64,000 nucleotides of DNA, from positions 896,001 through 960,000 of the forward strand of contig OZ245006.1 of NCBI GenBank assembly GCA_965223545.1. The letters are read 5' to 3'. Below, piece by piece: positions 1 to 9,041 of the stretch. How positions within the stretch are numbered: the stretch's first letter is position 1; every line of letters starts with the position of its first letter. The notes beneath the pieces were generated by a model. That model ran no database searches. It was not told where the DNA came from and saw only the letters and a program-made list of their open reading frames with translations. Position numbers and translations under genes: made by a program. Origin of the DNA: Planctomycetota bacterium. Its GTDB lineage: Bacteria; Planctomycetota; UBA1135; UBA2386.

Positions 1-924
1 ATGGGCGCGATCAACACCGTGCTCAACCTGCTGCGGAGCGGCGACCACGTGATCGCCGGCAACGACCTGTACGGCGGCACCTACCGTCTGTGCACGACGC
101 TGTACGCGAAGCTCGGGCTGGAGTTCGACTTCGTCGATCTCTCGGACCTCGATGCCGTGCGCGCCGCGCTGCGGCCATCGACCAAGCTGGTGATGGCGGA
201 GACGCCGTCCAACCCGCTGCTCAAGTTGTGCGACATCGCCGCGCTCGCCGAGCTGGCGCGCGCGCACGGCGCCCTGTCGATGTGCGACAACACGTTCGCG
301 ACCCCCTACCTGCAATCACCGCTGGCGTTGGGCGTCGACATCGTCGCCCATTCGACCACGAAGTATCTCGGCGGCCACTCCGACGTGGTCGGAGGCGCGT
401 TGTTGCTGAACGACGACGACCTGCGAGCGCAGCTGGCGCACTTTCAGAACACCGTCGGGACGACTCCAGGGCCGCTCGACTGTTTCTTGGTCTTGCGCGG
501 AACGAAGACCCTGCACGTCCGCATGGACCGCCATTGCGACAACGCCGAGCGCGTCGCCCACGCCCTGGTCGAGCACCCTCGGGTCTCGGCAGTGCACTAC
601 CCGGGACTGCCGCAGCACCCCCAGCACGAACTGTCCAAGCGACAGATGCGCCGCGCGGGCGGCATGGTGTCGTTCGAGGTCGACGCATCGGTCGAGGTCG
701 CCAAGAAGGTCGCCTCGGCGTTCCGCGTGTTCGCGTTGGCCGAGAGCTTGGGTGGAGTCGAGAGCTTGGTCGATCATCCCGCGACCATGACGCACGCCGC
801 GATCCCCCGCGAAGAACGCGTCGCCGCCGGTTTCCAGGACGGCCTCATCCGCTTGTCGGTCGGCATCGAAGATGCCGACGATCTGCTCGCCGACTTGGAT
901 CGCGCGCTGGCAGTGGCGGGCTGA
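1..924 (+). CDS. metB: Cystathionine gamma-synthase/gamma-lyase family PLP enzyme (5' end truncated by window edge)
   Basis: Motifs DNTFATP, PLP-lysine HSTTKYLGGHSDVVGG, LAESLGGVESL and RLSVGIED. The ATG at position 1 is probably internal. Synthase versus lyase cannot be resolved. Confidence 0.85.
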   Translation: MGAINTVLNLLRSGDHVIAGNDLYGGTYRLCTTLYAKLGLEFDFVDLSDLDAVRAALRPSTKLVMAETPSNPLLKLCDIAALAELARAHGALSMCDNTFATPYLQSPLALGVDIVAHSTTKYLGGHSDVVGGALLLNDDDLRAQLAHFQNTVGTTPGPLDCFLVLRGTKTLHVRMDRHCDNAERVAHALVEHPRVSAVHYPGLPQHPQHELSKRQMRRAGGMVSFEVDASVEVAKKVASAFRVFALAESLGGVESLVDHPATMTHAAIPREERVAAGFQDGLIRLSVGIEDADDLLADLDRALAVAG

Positions 925-932
925 CGGTCGGG

Positions 933-1316
933 TCAGCCCTCGACGTGGCCCGCGCTATCGCCCGGCGCCGCCTGCGGCCGAGCCCGCAGCGAAGGCTCGA
1001 CCGGCGCGGCATCGGTGGCCGGGCCATCCTCCTCGCCCGACACTCGTTTGCGCATCAGGCGCCCGACCTTGAACTTGACGATCCGCTTGGCGGGGACGCT
1101 CACCTTCTCCAGGGTCCGCGGATTCTGCGCGCGGCGCGCGGCGCGCTCCTTGGTCTCGAACACACCGAACTCGCGAAACTCCAAGCGGTTGCCAGCGGCG
1201 AGCTCGGAGATGATGGAGTCGAGGAAGGCCTGGATGATGTCCTTGGCCACCACCTTGGTGACGCCGGTCTCCTCGGCGATCCGGTTGACGAGTTCCTTCT
1301 TGGTGATCGTCCGCAT
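933..1316 (-). CDS. HU/IHF family DNA-binding protein
   Basis: TKKELVNRIAE...LEFREFGVFETKERAARRAQNPRTLEKVSVPAKRIVKFKVGR; AGGAG ribosome-binding site upstream; Pro/Ala-rich C-terminal tail. Confidence 0.93.
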   Translation of the reverse strand: MRTITKKELVNRIAEETGVTKVVAKDIIQAFLDSIISELAAGNRLEFREFGVFETKERAARRAQNPRTLEKVSVPAKRIVKFKVGRLMRKRVSGEEDGPATDAAPVEPSLRARPQAAPGDSAGHVEG

Positions 1317-1361
1317 CCGACTCCTCTGGTTCGGCCACCGCGGCCTGCTGAGCGGCCCAGC

Positions 1362-1370
1362 ATCTTAGCA
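1362..1370 (-). promoter_or_regulatory. Extended -10 promoter element for the HU/IHF gene
   Basis: The minus strand reads TGC-TAAGAT (TGn-TAnnnT) within an AT-rich patch about 45 nt upstream of the start codon. Confidence 0.45.
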
Positions 1371-1448
1371 ACTGCGCACAAAGAAGTAAGGGTCTGTCAT
1401 CTCTACCCTTGCGCGCGCCGCGGCGAGGTTCGATGCTCGCGCTCGAGC

Positions 1449-2123
1449 ATGCACGCGAGTCGGTTGGCCCCCGGGTTTCGCGAGGCCCTCGAGGGCGCCG
1501 GCCTGTGGTCCGTCGACGCCCTCGGGGCGCGCGCTCTCGGGGAGCCGGTCAAAGATCATCGATCGTCCTGGGTCCGCGCCGTAAACATCGACAGCATGGA
1601 CGTTTACGTCAAGACCTACGACTACCCCAGGCTCGCGGATCGGCTGCGGGGACTGGGCCGTACCACCTTTTGGTCGCCATCGCGTGCCACCCGCGAATGG
1701 GACGCGCTGGCCTGGTTGCGCTCCCGCGGATTCGCCGCACCGGAACCGCTGGCCGCGGTCGAGCTGCGTCGCCGTGGCCTGCTGCGGCGCGCAGTGCTGG
1801 TCACCGCCGCCCACCCGGGGCACGTGCTCGACCAGTGGTTGCCGCACCAACCTGCCGCGACCATCGACGCCGTGCTCGGCGCACTCGAAGCGCACGTCGA
1901 AGCGCTGCACGCGGCGGGCTTCCGCCACCGCAACCTCGACCTCCGCAACCTGCTGGCCGAGCGCCTCGACGACGCTTGGCGGATCGTCGTGCTGGACGCT
2001 CCCCGACACCGCTTGGTCGGGCTGGGGCCACCGACCGACGCGCTGGCCGCCGCCGACTGGCGGCGGCTCTCGCGCTCGATCGACGCCGCGCTGCCGCGCC
2101 GGACCGCGCGGCGCACCGGCTGA
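1449..2123 (+). CDS. Lipopolysaccharide kinase (Kdo/WaaP/InaA) family protein
   Basis: C-terminal part of ORF 90..2123: YVKTY, SRATREWDAL, PEPLAA, LHAAGFRHRNLDLRNLL and VVLD match this kinase family. Confidence 0.75.
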   Translation: MHASRLAPGFREALEGAGLWSVDALGARALGEPVKDHRSSWVRAVNIDSMDVYVKTYDYPRLADRLRGLGRTTFWSPSRATREWDALAWLRSRGFAAPEPLAAVELRRRGLLRRAVLVTAAHPGHVLDQWLPHQPAATIDAVLGALEAHVEALHAAGFRHRNLDLRNLLAERLDDAWRIVVLDAPRHRLVGLGPPTDALAAADWRRLSRSIDAALPRRTARRTG

Positions 2124-2160
2124 CGCTGCGGCGGCCGACCCCGCGGCGCTCCGACCGCGA

Positions 2161-3267
2161 TCAGAAGTCGTCGAGCGTCGGCGCCGCCGCCGGCGCCTCG
2201 CCGAGCAGCGCCTCGATCTGCTTGAGCCGGTAGGGCACCCCGAAGTGATAGTCGCCCGCGTCGAACACGCCGTCGGTGCGCTGCATGCCGAGGTAGTAGC
2301 GATAGGCCGCCCGCGCCTTGCTCCAAGCCGCCTTCTTCGACGCCTCGTCGCTGCCGCCGATCCGGTCGTAGTGGTCGTAGTAGTAGTTGCCGAGGTTGAG
2401 CACCGCGCGCGACTGGGTCGGATCGAGCGACAGCACCTGGCGGTAGAACTGCGCAGCCTCCTCGGGACGGCTGCCGAGCCAGTGGATCGCCGCCATGTTC
2501 ATCAGCGCTTCGATGTCGGCGGGGTCGTCGTCGAGGTTGCGGCGCGCGATCTCGAACGCCTGGTCGGGCCGCCGCAGCTTGTAGATCAGCAGGGCGACGT
2601 AGTCGCGCTGCACTTCGCGGTCGGTCGGCCGGGCGCGGAGATAGTTGGCGTACTCGAGCTCGGCCTCTTCGTAGCGACCGAGCTCCTCCAGCACCTGGCC
2701 CAGCTCCAACCGCGCCTCGGCGAAGTCGGGCTCCGCCGACAGCGCGTTCTGCAGCGCGGTCAAGGCCGCCGCGGTCCGCTTGCCACCGCGGTGCAGCCGC
2801 GCCAGCGAGAGGTAGGCCCAGTAGAAGCTCGGGTCGCGCTGCAGCGCGCCCTGCAACAGCTGCTCGCGGGTGTACTCGTCCTCCGCGGACAGCCGCGCCC
2901 GCAGGTAGACCGGCACCGGCGACGTGCCGTCATCACCGGCCTCGGCATAGCGCGACACCGCCTCCTGCAACGCCGCACCGCCGACGCGCTCGGCGGCGTC
3001 CACGTAGGCGAGATGGGTGCGCACGTGCTCCGGACATGCATCCAGAACGGCCTCCAAGTGGGGCAACGCGCCGGCGTAGTCGCCCCGCGCGAGGAGCGCG
3101 CGCCCCTGACGCAGCGCTTCTACGCCGGCGGGCGACGCACAGCGCTCGTAGCGGTCGACGCTCTGCGCCGGCGGCGCCAGGCCCGGCGTCTCGCAGCTCG
3201 AAAGCCCGAGCCAGCCCAGCAGCGCCAGACCGACCGCGCGGCGCTCAGCGCTGGTGCAGCATGCCAT
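2161..3267 (-). CDS. Tetratricopeptide-repeat lipoprotein
   Basis: Signal peptide with LSSC lipobox; TPR-like units (DPSFYWAYLSLA, EPDFAEARLELGQVLEELGRYEEA, DPTQSRAVLNLG). Confidence 0.8.
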   Translation of the reverse strand: MACCTSAERRAVGLALLGWLGLSSCETPGLAPPAQSVDRYERCASPAGVEALRQGRALLARGDYAGALPHLEAVLDACPEHVRTHLAYVDAAERVGGAALQEAVSRYAEAGDDGTSPVPVYLRARLSAEDEYTREQLLQGALQRDPSFYWAYLSLARLHRGGKRTAAALTALQNALSAEPDFAEARLELGQVLEELGRYEEAELEYANYLRARPTDREVQRDYVALLIYKLRRPDQAFEIARRNLDDDPADIEALMNMAAIHWLGSRPEEAAQFYRQVLSLDPTQSRAVLNLGNYYYDHYDRIGGSDEASKKAAWSKARAAYRYYLGMQRTDGVFDAGDYHFGVPYRLKQIEALLGEAPAAAPTLDDF

Positions 3268-3715
3268 CCGCGATCCGCACCTCTGAGTAGTCCTCGGTGG
3301 CTCCGCCGCGCGACAAGCCGACGGCGCCGCGCGCCAACGCCTCCAGGGCAAACGGCTTGCCACTGCCCCGAATCCGCAGGGACGCGGACTTCAACGCGGC
3401 GAACTGCACGCCCTCGATCTCGAACCGCAGCGGCAAGTGCACCCCGCCGGCGGTGACCCAGGTGAAGACGACGTCGCCGTCCTCCTCGGTGCGGGTGGCC
3501 TCACCGGCCGTGCCGCCGACCGGCCGCGTCAGCTTCTCGTTGAAGTTGCGTGACAGCTCGAAGTGCACCTCGTCGGCGACCACCGCCAGCGAGTCCTGAA
3601 ACGGTCGCAGCAGTCGCTCGCGCTCCGCGCGCACGGCCTCCGGCGCGACCGCCGGGGTTCCACAGGCGCCGAGCGCCAACAGCAGGGCAAGGTTTCGGCA
3701 AGTCCTCGGATTCAT
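3245..3715 (-). CDS. Hypothetical lipoprotein
   Basis: MNPRTCRNLALLLALGAC lipobox; GGAGG upstream of the start; lies in an operon with trpS and the TPR gene. Confidence 0.7.
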   Translation of the reverse strand: MNPRTCRNLALLLALGACGTPAVAPEAVRAERERLLRPFQDSLAVVADEVHFELSRNFNEKLTRPVGGTAGEATRTEEDGDVVFTWVTAGGVHLPLRFEIEGVQFAALKSASLRIRGSGKPFALEALARGAVGLSRGGATEDYSEVRIADGMLHQR

Positions 3716-3755
3716 CTTCACCTCCCGGTTCGCCACTTCGTCGGAACACTGCTGA

Positions 3756-4730
3756 TCATCCCTCGATGCCGATCCGCTCGCGGACCGCCTGCATCGTCGC
3801 CGCAGCCTCGGCGCGCGCGCGCGCGCCGCCGGCCGCGAGAATCTCGTCGACGCTCTCCGGTCGCTCGCGCAGCGGCGCGGCGCGCTCGCGAATCGGGCCG
3901 ATGACCGCCTCCATGCTCTCCGCGACGCGCTTCTTGCAGTCGACGCAGCCGATCGCCGCCGCGCGGCAGTCGCGATCGATCTCGGCGCAAGTGTCGGCAT
4001 CGCTGAAGAAGCCGTGGTAGCTGAAGACGTTGCACACCGCCGGGTCGCCGGGATCGGAGCGACGCAGCCGCTGCGGGTCGGTCTTGGCGCCGCGCAGCTT
4101 CTGCAGGACGACGTCCGGCGTGTCGAACAGCCCGATGTCGTTGTCGCGCGACTTCGACATCTTGGCCTCGCCATCGAGGCCCATCACCTTCGGCGCCGGT
4201 GACAACACCGCCTTCGGCTCCGGAAAGGTCTGGCCATAGACGGTGTTGAAGCGGCGGACGATCTCGCGCGCCAACTCCAGATGCTGCACCTGGTCTTGGC
4301 CCACCGGCACCCCCTCGGCCCGGTAGATCACGATGTCCGCGGTCTGCAGCACGGGGTAGGTGAACAGGCCGGCGTTGATGTTGTCGGTCTGCTGCTGTGA
4401 CTTGTCCTTGAACTGCGTCATCCGCGACAGATCGCCCATCTGCGTCACGCAGCTCAGCACCCAGGCCAGGTCGGCGTGGCCGGGCACGGCGGACTGCACG
4501 AACAGGGTGGCCCGCTCCGGATCGACGCCGGACGCCAACAGCGCCACCGCGATCTCCCGGACCGCAGCGCGCAGCGCCGCCGGCTCGGGCCGTTGGGTCA
4601 GCGCGTGCAGGTCGACGATCGAGTAGTACACCTCGTGGTCGCGCTGCAGCTCCACCCAGTTGGCGATCGCTCCCAGGTAGTTGCCGATGTGCACGCGCCC
4701 GGTCGGCTGGATGCCCGACATGATCCTCAT
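3756..4730 (-). CDS. trpS: Tryptophanyl-tRNA synthetase
   Basis: MRIMSGIQPTGRVHIGNYLGA (HIGH motif), YPVLQTADI, VPVGQDQVQHLE and KMSKS. Confidence 0.97.
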   Translation of the reverse strand: MRIMSGIQPTGRVHIGNYLGAIANWVELQRDHEVYYSIVDLHALTQRPEPAALRAAVREIAVALLASGVDPERATLFVQSAVPGHADLAWVLSCVTQMGDLSRMTQFKDKSQQQTDNINAGLFTYPVLQTADIVIYRAEGVPVGQDQVQHLELAREIVRRFNTVYGQTFPEPKAVLSPAPKVMGLDGEAKMSKSRDNDIGLFDTPDVVLQKLRGAKTDPQRLRRSDPGDPAVCNVFSYHGFFSDADTCAEIDRDCRAAAIGCVDCKKRVAESMEAVIGPIRERAAPLRERPESVDEILAAGGARARAEAAATMQAVRERIGIEG

Positions 4731-4873
4731 TGCAGCCGGCGAGCGTACTCGGCGCACGGCGAGAATCCCGCCGCGCTCGAAGGAAACCGGCAAATCCACC
4801 GACGCGCTGCGGGCGCCGGCGGCGTGAAACGGTGGCGCAATCGCCGGCCGGCGCGGATATCGTCGGCGCCGTC

Positions 4874-6301
4874 ATGCGGGCGGTGTGGATCGCAGCGTGG
4901 CTCGCGTGCACGACGAGCTGCGCGTGGATGCCGAGCGAGCTCAACTTCTCGCCGCTGTACCGCCACCGCCTCGACGCCGACGGCAGCGTGCGCGAGATGG
5001 ACGTGCTGTGGCCGATCTTCCACTACGAGAAGACCGAGGACGGCGGCGACGACTTCCGCATCCGGCCGTTCTACCGCTACGTGACCGAGGGACCGGACGC
5101 GCCCGACCCCGGATTGCACGACCCGCAACCGGTGTCCGAGCATCAGTTCTTGTGGCCGCTCGGCCGGGTCTACCACAGCGCCACCGGTGAGACCCTGGCG
5201 CGGGTGTTCCCGTTCTGGGGCTACAAGGAGCGCGAGGACGACCTCGGCCTGCGCGAGACCGACTGGAACGTGTGCTATCTGCTCTGGGGCGGCAGCCGCG
5301 CCGACGGTGGCGAGGACTACCTGGGGCTGCTGCCGTTCTGGGCGGACCTGCCGGACTTCCTCACCTACGACCGCTTCCAGGCGCACTTCTTTCCGCTGCA
5401 CGTCGGCCTGTCGAAGAACGGGCTGGAGAGCGATCTCTGGTTGTGGCCATTGATCGGCTGGGGCTCCGATCCGGAGACCGGCCGCGCCTGGCACCGCGCA
5501 CTCCCGCTGTACGGCTACGCCGAGGAGGCGGGGCGCTACGAGCGCTACTCGGCGCTCTGGCCGTTCGTGCACTGGGGCTACGAGAACCTGGACACGGCGC
5601 ACCCGGTCAACCGCTTCTTCTTGTTCCCGTTCTACGGCCGGATGAGCGGCGAGACCGTCGACTCGTGGACGGTACTGTGGCCGTTCTTCTCGAAGTACGA
5701 GCTGGAGGACAAGATCTACCGGCTCGATCTGTTCTGGCCGTTCTTCCGCTACGAGCGCAACAGCATCGACGAGGACCTCGAGCGGATCTGGCTGTGGCCG
5801 CTGTTCGCCGCCACGCGGACCGAAGACCAGCGGGCCCTCAACTTCCTGTGGCCGCTGATCTGGCTGCGGCAGTACGACGATCCCGAGGCCACGGTGACCC
5901 AGGAATGGGTGCTGCCGCTCTACTGGCACACGCACCGGCGTTGGAAGGACGGCGGCGACGACGACTATGTCAAGGCGTGGCCGTGGTTCCACCGGCGCAC
6001 CGAGCGCGACGGCAGCGGCGAGTGGTCGCTGCTGTCGCCCTGGCCGTGGAGCCAGGGCAACGCCTACGGCGTCGAGGAGGCCTACGGCTGGCTGTGGACC
6101 CTGGCGAAACGGCGCTACACCGAAGACTCGGACTCGTTCCACCTGGCGGCGCACCTGTTCACGACTGCCGAGCGCAAGGGCCGGCGGCAGACCAGCGTGC
6201 CGTTCTTGTTCAACTACGAGTCCGACGAGAACGGGGCGGCGACGCTGCGCCTGTTCCAGTTCATTCCGATCCCGCTCGGCGGCGGCGAGCCCGAGCAGTG
6301 A
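4874..6301 (+). CDS. Putative lipoprotein with about 20 aromatic/Pro (LWPxF-type) repeats; function unknown
   Basis: Signal peptide ending TTSC; recurring xLWP[FLI][FY] units; typical high-GC codon usage; stop overlaps the mlaE start (GTGA). Confidence 0.8.
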   Translation: MRAVWIAAWLACTTSCAWMPSELNFSPLYRHRLDADGSVREMDVLWPIFHYEKTEDGGDDFRIRPFYRYVTEGPDAPDPGLHDPQPVSEHQFLWPLGRVYHSATGETLARVFPFWGYKEREDDLGLRETDWNVCYLLWGGSRADGGEDYLGLLPFWADLPDFLTYDRFQAHFFPLHVGLSKNGLESDLWLWPLIGWGSDPETGRAWHRALPLYGYAEEAGRYERYSALWPFVHWGYENLDTAHPVNRFFLFPFYGRMSGETVDSWTVLWPFFSKYELEDKIYRLDLFWPFFRYERNSIDEDLERIWLWPLFAATRTEDQRALNFLWPLIWLRQYDDPEATVTQEWVLPLYWHTHRRWKDGGDDDYVKAWPWFHRRTERDGSGEWSLLSPWPWSQGNAYGVEEAYGWLWTLAKRRYTEDSDSFHLAAHLFTTAERKGRRQTSVPFLFNYESDENGAATLRLFQFIPIPLGGGEPEQ

Positions 6302-7095
6302 GCGTGCTCGCCGACACCGGCGCCTGGGTGCGCAAGCTGGTCGACGGTGCCGGCTACTCGGTCAACCTGGGCAGTCGCGCCTGGCTGGCGGTGCCGTATC
6401 TGCCGCGCCGGCTGCGCTTCACCCTCGATCAGGCCTATGCCTGTGGCGTGCGCGCGCTGCCGGTGACCATGGTGGTGGCACTGTTCGCCGGCATGATCCT
6501 CGCGTTGCAGACCGGCATCGAGCTGCGCAACTTCGGCCAGAGCCAGATCATCGGCACGGTGACGGCGCTCACCATGTGCCGCGAGATGGGGCCGTTCATC
6601 ACCGGGGTGATCCTCGCCGCCACGGTGGGCTCGGCGATGGCGGCCGAGCTCGGCACGATGAAGGTCAGCGACGAGGTCACCGCCCTGGAGGTGATCTCGG
6701 TCGATCCGGTCAACTACCTGGTGATGCCGCGCGTGCTGGCGCTGACCGCCATGTGCCCGATCCTCACCTTGCTGTCGGATCTGGTCGGCATCTTCGGCGG
6801 CAGCATCGTCGGCGCGGCGCATCTCGAGGTCTCGACCACGACGTATTGGACGACCGTGCGCGATGCGCTCACCTCGAGCGACCTGTGGTTCCCCAAGGAC
6901 GTCTACACCGGGCTGTTCAAGGCCTTGGTGTTCGGCTGCGTGGTCGCCACCGTGAGCTGCGCCGCCGGGCTGCGCGCCACCGGTGGCGCCCTCGGCGTGG
7001 GATTGGCGGTGCAGACCGCGGTGCGCAACTCGGTGATCCTCATCATCGTGCTGGGCTACATCCTGACCGTCTCCTTCTACTTCTGGACCTGGTGA
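6298..7095 (+). CDS. mlaE: MlaE-family ABC transporter permease
   Basis: REMGPFITGVILAATVGSAMAAELGTMKVSDEVTALEVISVDPVNYLVMPR is the MlaE signature region. Confidence 0.93.
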   Translation: MSVLADTGAWVRKLVDGAGYSVNLGSRAWLAVPYLPRRLRFTLDQAYACGVRALPVTMVVALFAGMILALQTGIELRNFGQSQIIGTVTALTMCREMGPFITGVILAATVGSAMAAELGTMKVSDEVTALEVISVDPVNYLVMPRVLALTAMCPILTLLSDLVGIFGGSIVGAAHLEVSTTTYWTTVRDALTSSDLWFPKDVYTGLFKALVFGCVVATVSCAAGLRATGGALGVGLAVQTAVRNSVILIIVLGYILTVSFYFWTW

Positions 7096-7820
7096 TCGAG
7101 CTCAAGGACGTCGCCAAGACCCTCGGCGGCCGCCAGATCCTGGACGGCATGACCCTGCAGGTCCCCAACGGCAAGAACTACGTGCTGATGGGCCCGTCGG
7201 GGGTCGGCAAGAGCGTCACGCTCAAGCACGTGATCGGCGTGCTGAAGCCCGACCGCGGTGAGGTTCTGGTCGACGACCAATCGGTGCCCGAGCTCGACCG
7301 CAACGGGCTGATGGCGCTGCGCCGGCGCATGGGCTACCTGTTCCAGAACGGCGCGCTGATCAACTGGCTCGACGTCTTCGACAACGTCGCGCTGCCGCTG
7401 CGCGAGCACAGCGACAAGAACCGGAGCGAGATCGAGGACCGGGTCATGGAGGTGCTGCAGCTGGTCGGCATGGACCACGCCGCGCAGCAGCTACCGGCGA
7501 AGATCTCGGGCGGCATGAAGCTGCGCGCCGGGCTGGCGCGCGCGCTGGTGACCGAACCGGAGTACGTGCTCTACGACGAGCCCAACGCGGGCCTGGATCC
7601 GATCATGTCGGACCAGATCCACAATCTGATCGTCGAGGTGCGCGACCGCCTCGGCGTCACCGGGCTGGTGGTGACCCACAGCCGCGCGTGCGCGTTCACG
7701 GTGGCCGACCGCATCGGTGTGATCCAGGACGGCAAGATCCTCGAGGAGGGGACGATCGCCGAGATGCGGCGGTCCGCGACCCCCCTGGTGCAGAGCTTCA
7801 TGAGCGGAGGCGCCGACTGA
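7092..7820 (+). CDS. mlaF: MlaF/Mkl-family ABC ATPase
   Basis: Walker A GPSGVGKS, GYLFQNGAL, signature ISGGM and LYDEPNAGLDP; GTGA overlap with mlaE. Confidence 0.93.
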   Translation: MIELKDVAKTLGGRQILDGMTLQVPNGKNYVLMGPSGVGKSVTLKHVIGVLKPDRGEVLVDDQSVPELDRNGLMALRRRMGYLFQNGALINWLDVFDNVALPLREHSDKNRSEIEDRVMEVLQLVGMDHAAQQLPAKISGGMKLRAGLARALVTEPEYVLYDEPNAGLDPIMSDQIHNLIVEVRDRLGVTGLVVTHSRACAFTVADRIGVIQDGKILEEGTIAEMRRSATPLVQSFMSGGAD

Positions 7821-8953
7821 TGGCAATGCAGAGAGACACGCTCCTAGGCCTGGTGTTCTTCGGCGGCTTGGCGCTGCTCGGCTGGGCCACGGTCAGCCTG
7901 ACCAGCCTGTCGCTGGAACCCAAGGTGATCAAGACGGTGCGCTTCGCGCACGCCCAGGGGCTGCGCGAGGGCGACCCGGTGTTCGTGCTCGGCAAGCGGT
8001 TGGGCCAGGTCAACAAGATCTCGCTGCCCGGGGGCGACGTCTCCCGCCAGGTCGAGGTGGTGTTCCAACTCGACGAGGACATCCCGCTGCGGCCCGATGC
8101 GCGGATCACGGTGCGGCCGCCGGCGATGCTCGGCAACAGCTACATCGAGATCGATCCGGGCGTCACCGAGGGCGCCCTGGCGGGGCCGCTGGTCGGCGAC
8201 TCGCGCGGCAGCGCGCTCGATCAGATCGGCGACGCCGACGTCACCGGCACGGTCGACTCGGTGAAGCGCTTCTTCGACCGGCTGGTCGACCCGGACAACG
8301 CCGTCGGCGCTCTGCTGTCCAGCCGCGAGGCCTACGACGATCTGGCGGCCGCCCTGGCGGTGCTGCGCCGCCTCCTCGAAGAGGTCGAGACCGGCGAAGG
8401 CGCGATCCACCAGCTGCTCTACAACCGCGACATGGGCGAGGACCTCGCCGGCACCGCCCGCAACCTCAACCAGCTCACCGAGAAGCTCGACTCGGGCAGC
8501 GGCCTGTTCGCCCGGCTGGCCAACGATCCGGCGCTGGCCGACGACCTGGCGAGCGCGCTCGACGACCTCGCCGCGCTCGTGGCGATGACCCGCCGCGGCG
8601 AGGGAACCCTTGGCCGGGTGTGGACCGACGAGGAGCTCGCCGACCGCATCGCCGCCGCGATCACCTCGCTGCAGTCGGTCGCCGCCAAGCTCGACGACCC
8701 CGACGCCGGCTTCGTCGGCGCCCTGTTCGGCGACCAGACCCTGCTGCAGCAGGGCCGCGAGATCTTCGCCGACGTCGCCGACGCCGTGGCGAAGATCAAC
8801 TCCGGCGACGGCTTCCTGGCCAAGATCATCAACGACAACACCCTCGGCGAGCGCCTCGAACGCCTGTTCCTACAGGTCACCGGCGCCCTCGAAGACGCCC
8901 GCGAAGCCGCCCCGATCGGCTCGTTCTTCCAAGTCCTCACCGGCTTCTTCTGA
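7820..8953 (+). CDS. mlaD: MCE/MlaD-family protein with long helical repeat extension
   Basis: N-terminal transmembrane helix; MCE domain (FAHAQGLREGDPVFVLGKRLGQV...LGNSYIEIDPG); about 6 repeats of the GxGxhxxhhxD type. Confidence 0.9.
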   Translation: MAMQRDTLLGLVFFGGLALLGWATVSLTSLSLEPKVIKTVRFAHAQGLREGDPVFVLGKRLGQVNKISLPGGDVSRQVEVVFQLDEDIPLRPDARITVRPPAMLGNSYIEIDPGVTEGALAGPLVGDSRGSALDQIGDADVTGTVDSVKRFFDRLVDPDNAVGALLSSREAYDDLAAALAVLRRLLEEVETGEGAIHQLLYNRDMGEDLAGTARNLNQLTEKLDSGSGLFARLANDPALADDLASALDDLAALVAMTRRGEGTLGRVWTDEELADRIAAAITSLQSVAAKLDDPDAGFVGALFGDQTLLQQGREIFADVADAVAKINSGDGFLAKIINDNTLGERLERLFLQVTGALEDAREAAPIGSFFQVLTGFF

Positions 8954-9041
8954 TCTCGCGAAGATGAAGGTACGGAGCCTGGATCCGTACCTTCAACTAG
9001 AACTCGTGGAGGGAATGCCGCGACTCCGCGTCGACCGGCCC

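Noticed and set aside
90..1448. N-terminal two-thirds of the 677-aa ORF 90..2123
   Set aside because: It overlaps metB and the HU/IHF gene in other frames; only the part from ATG 1449 has kinase motifs. The same upstream over-extension affects mlaE, mlaF, hflX, lpxC and the ABC ATPases.
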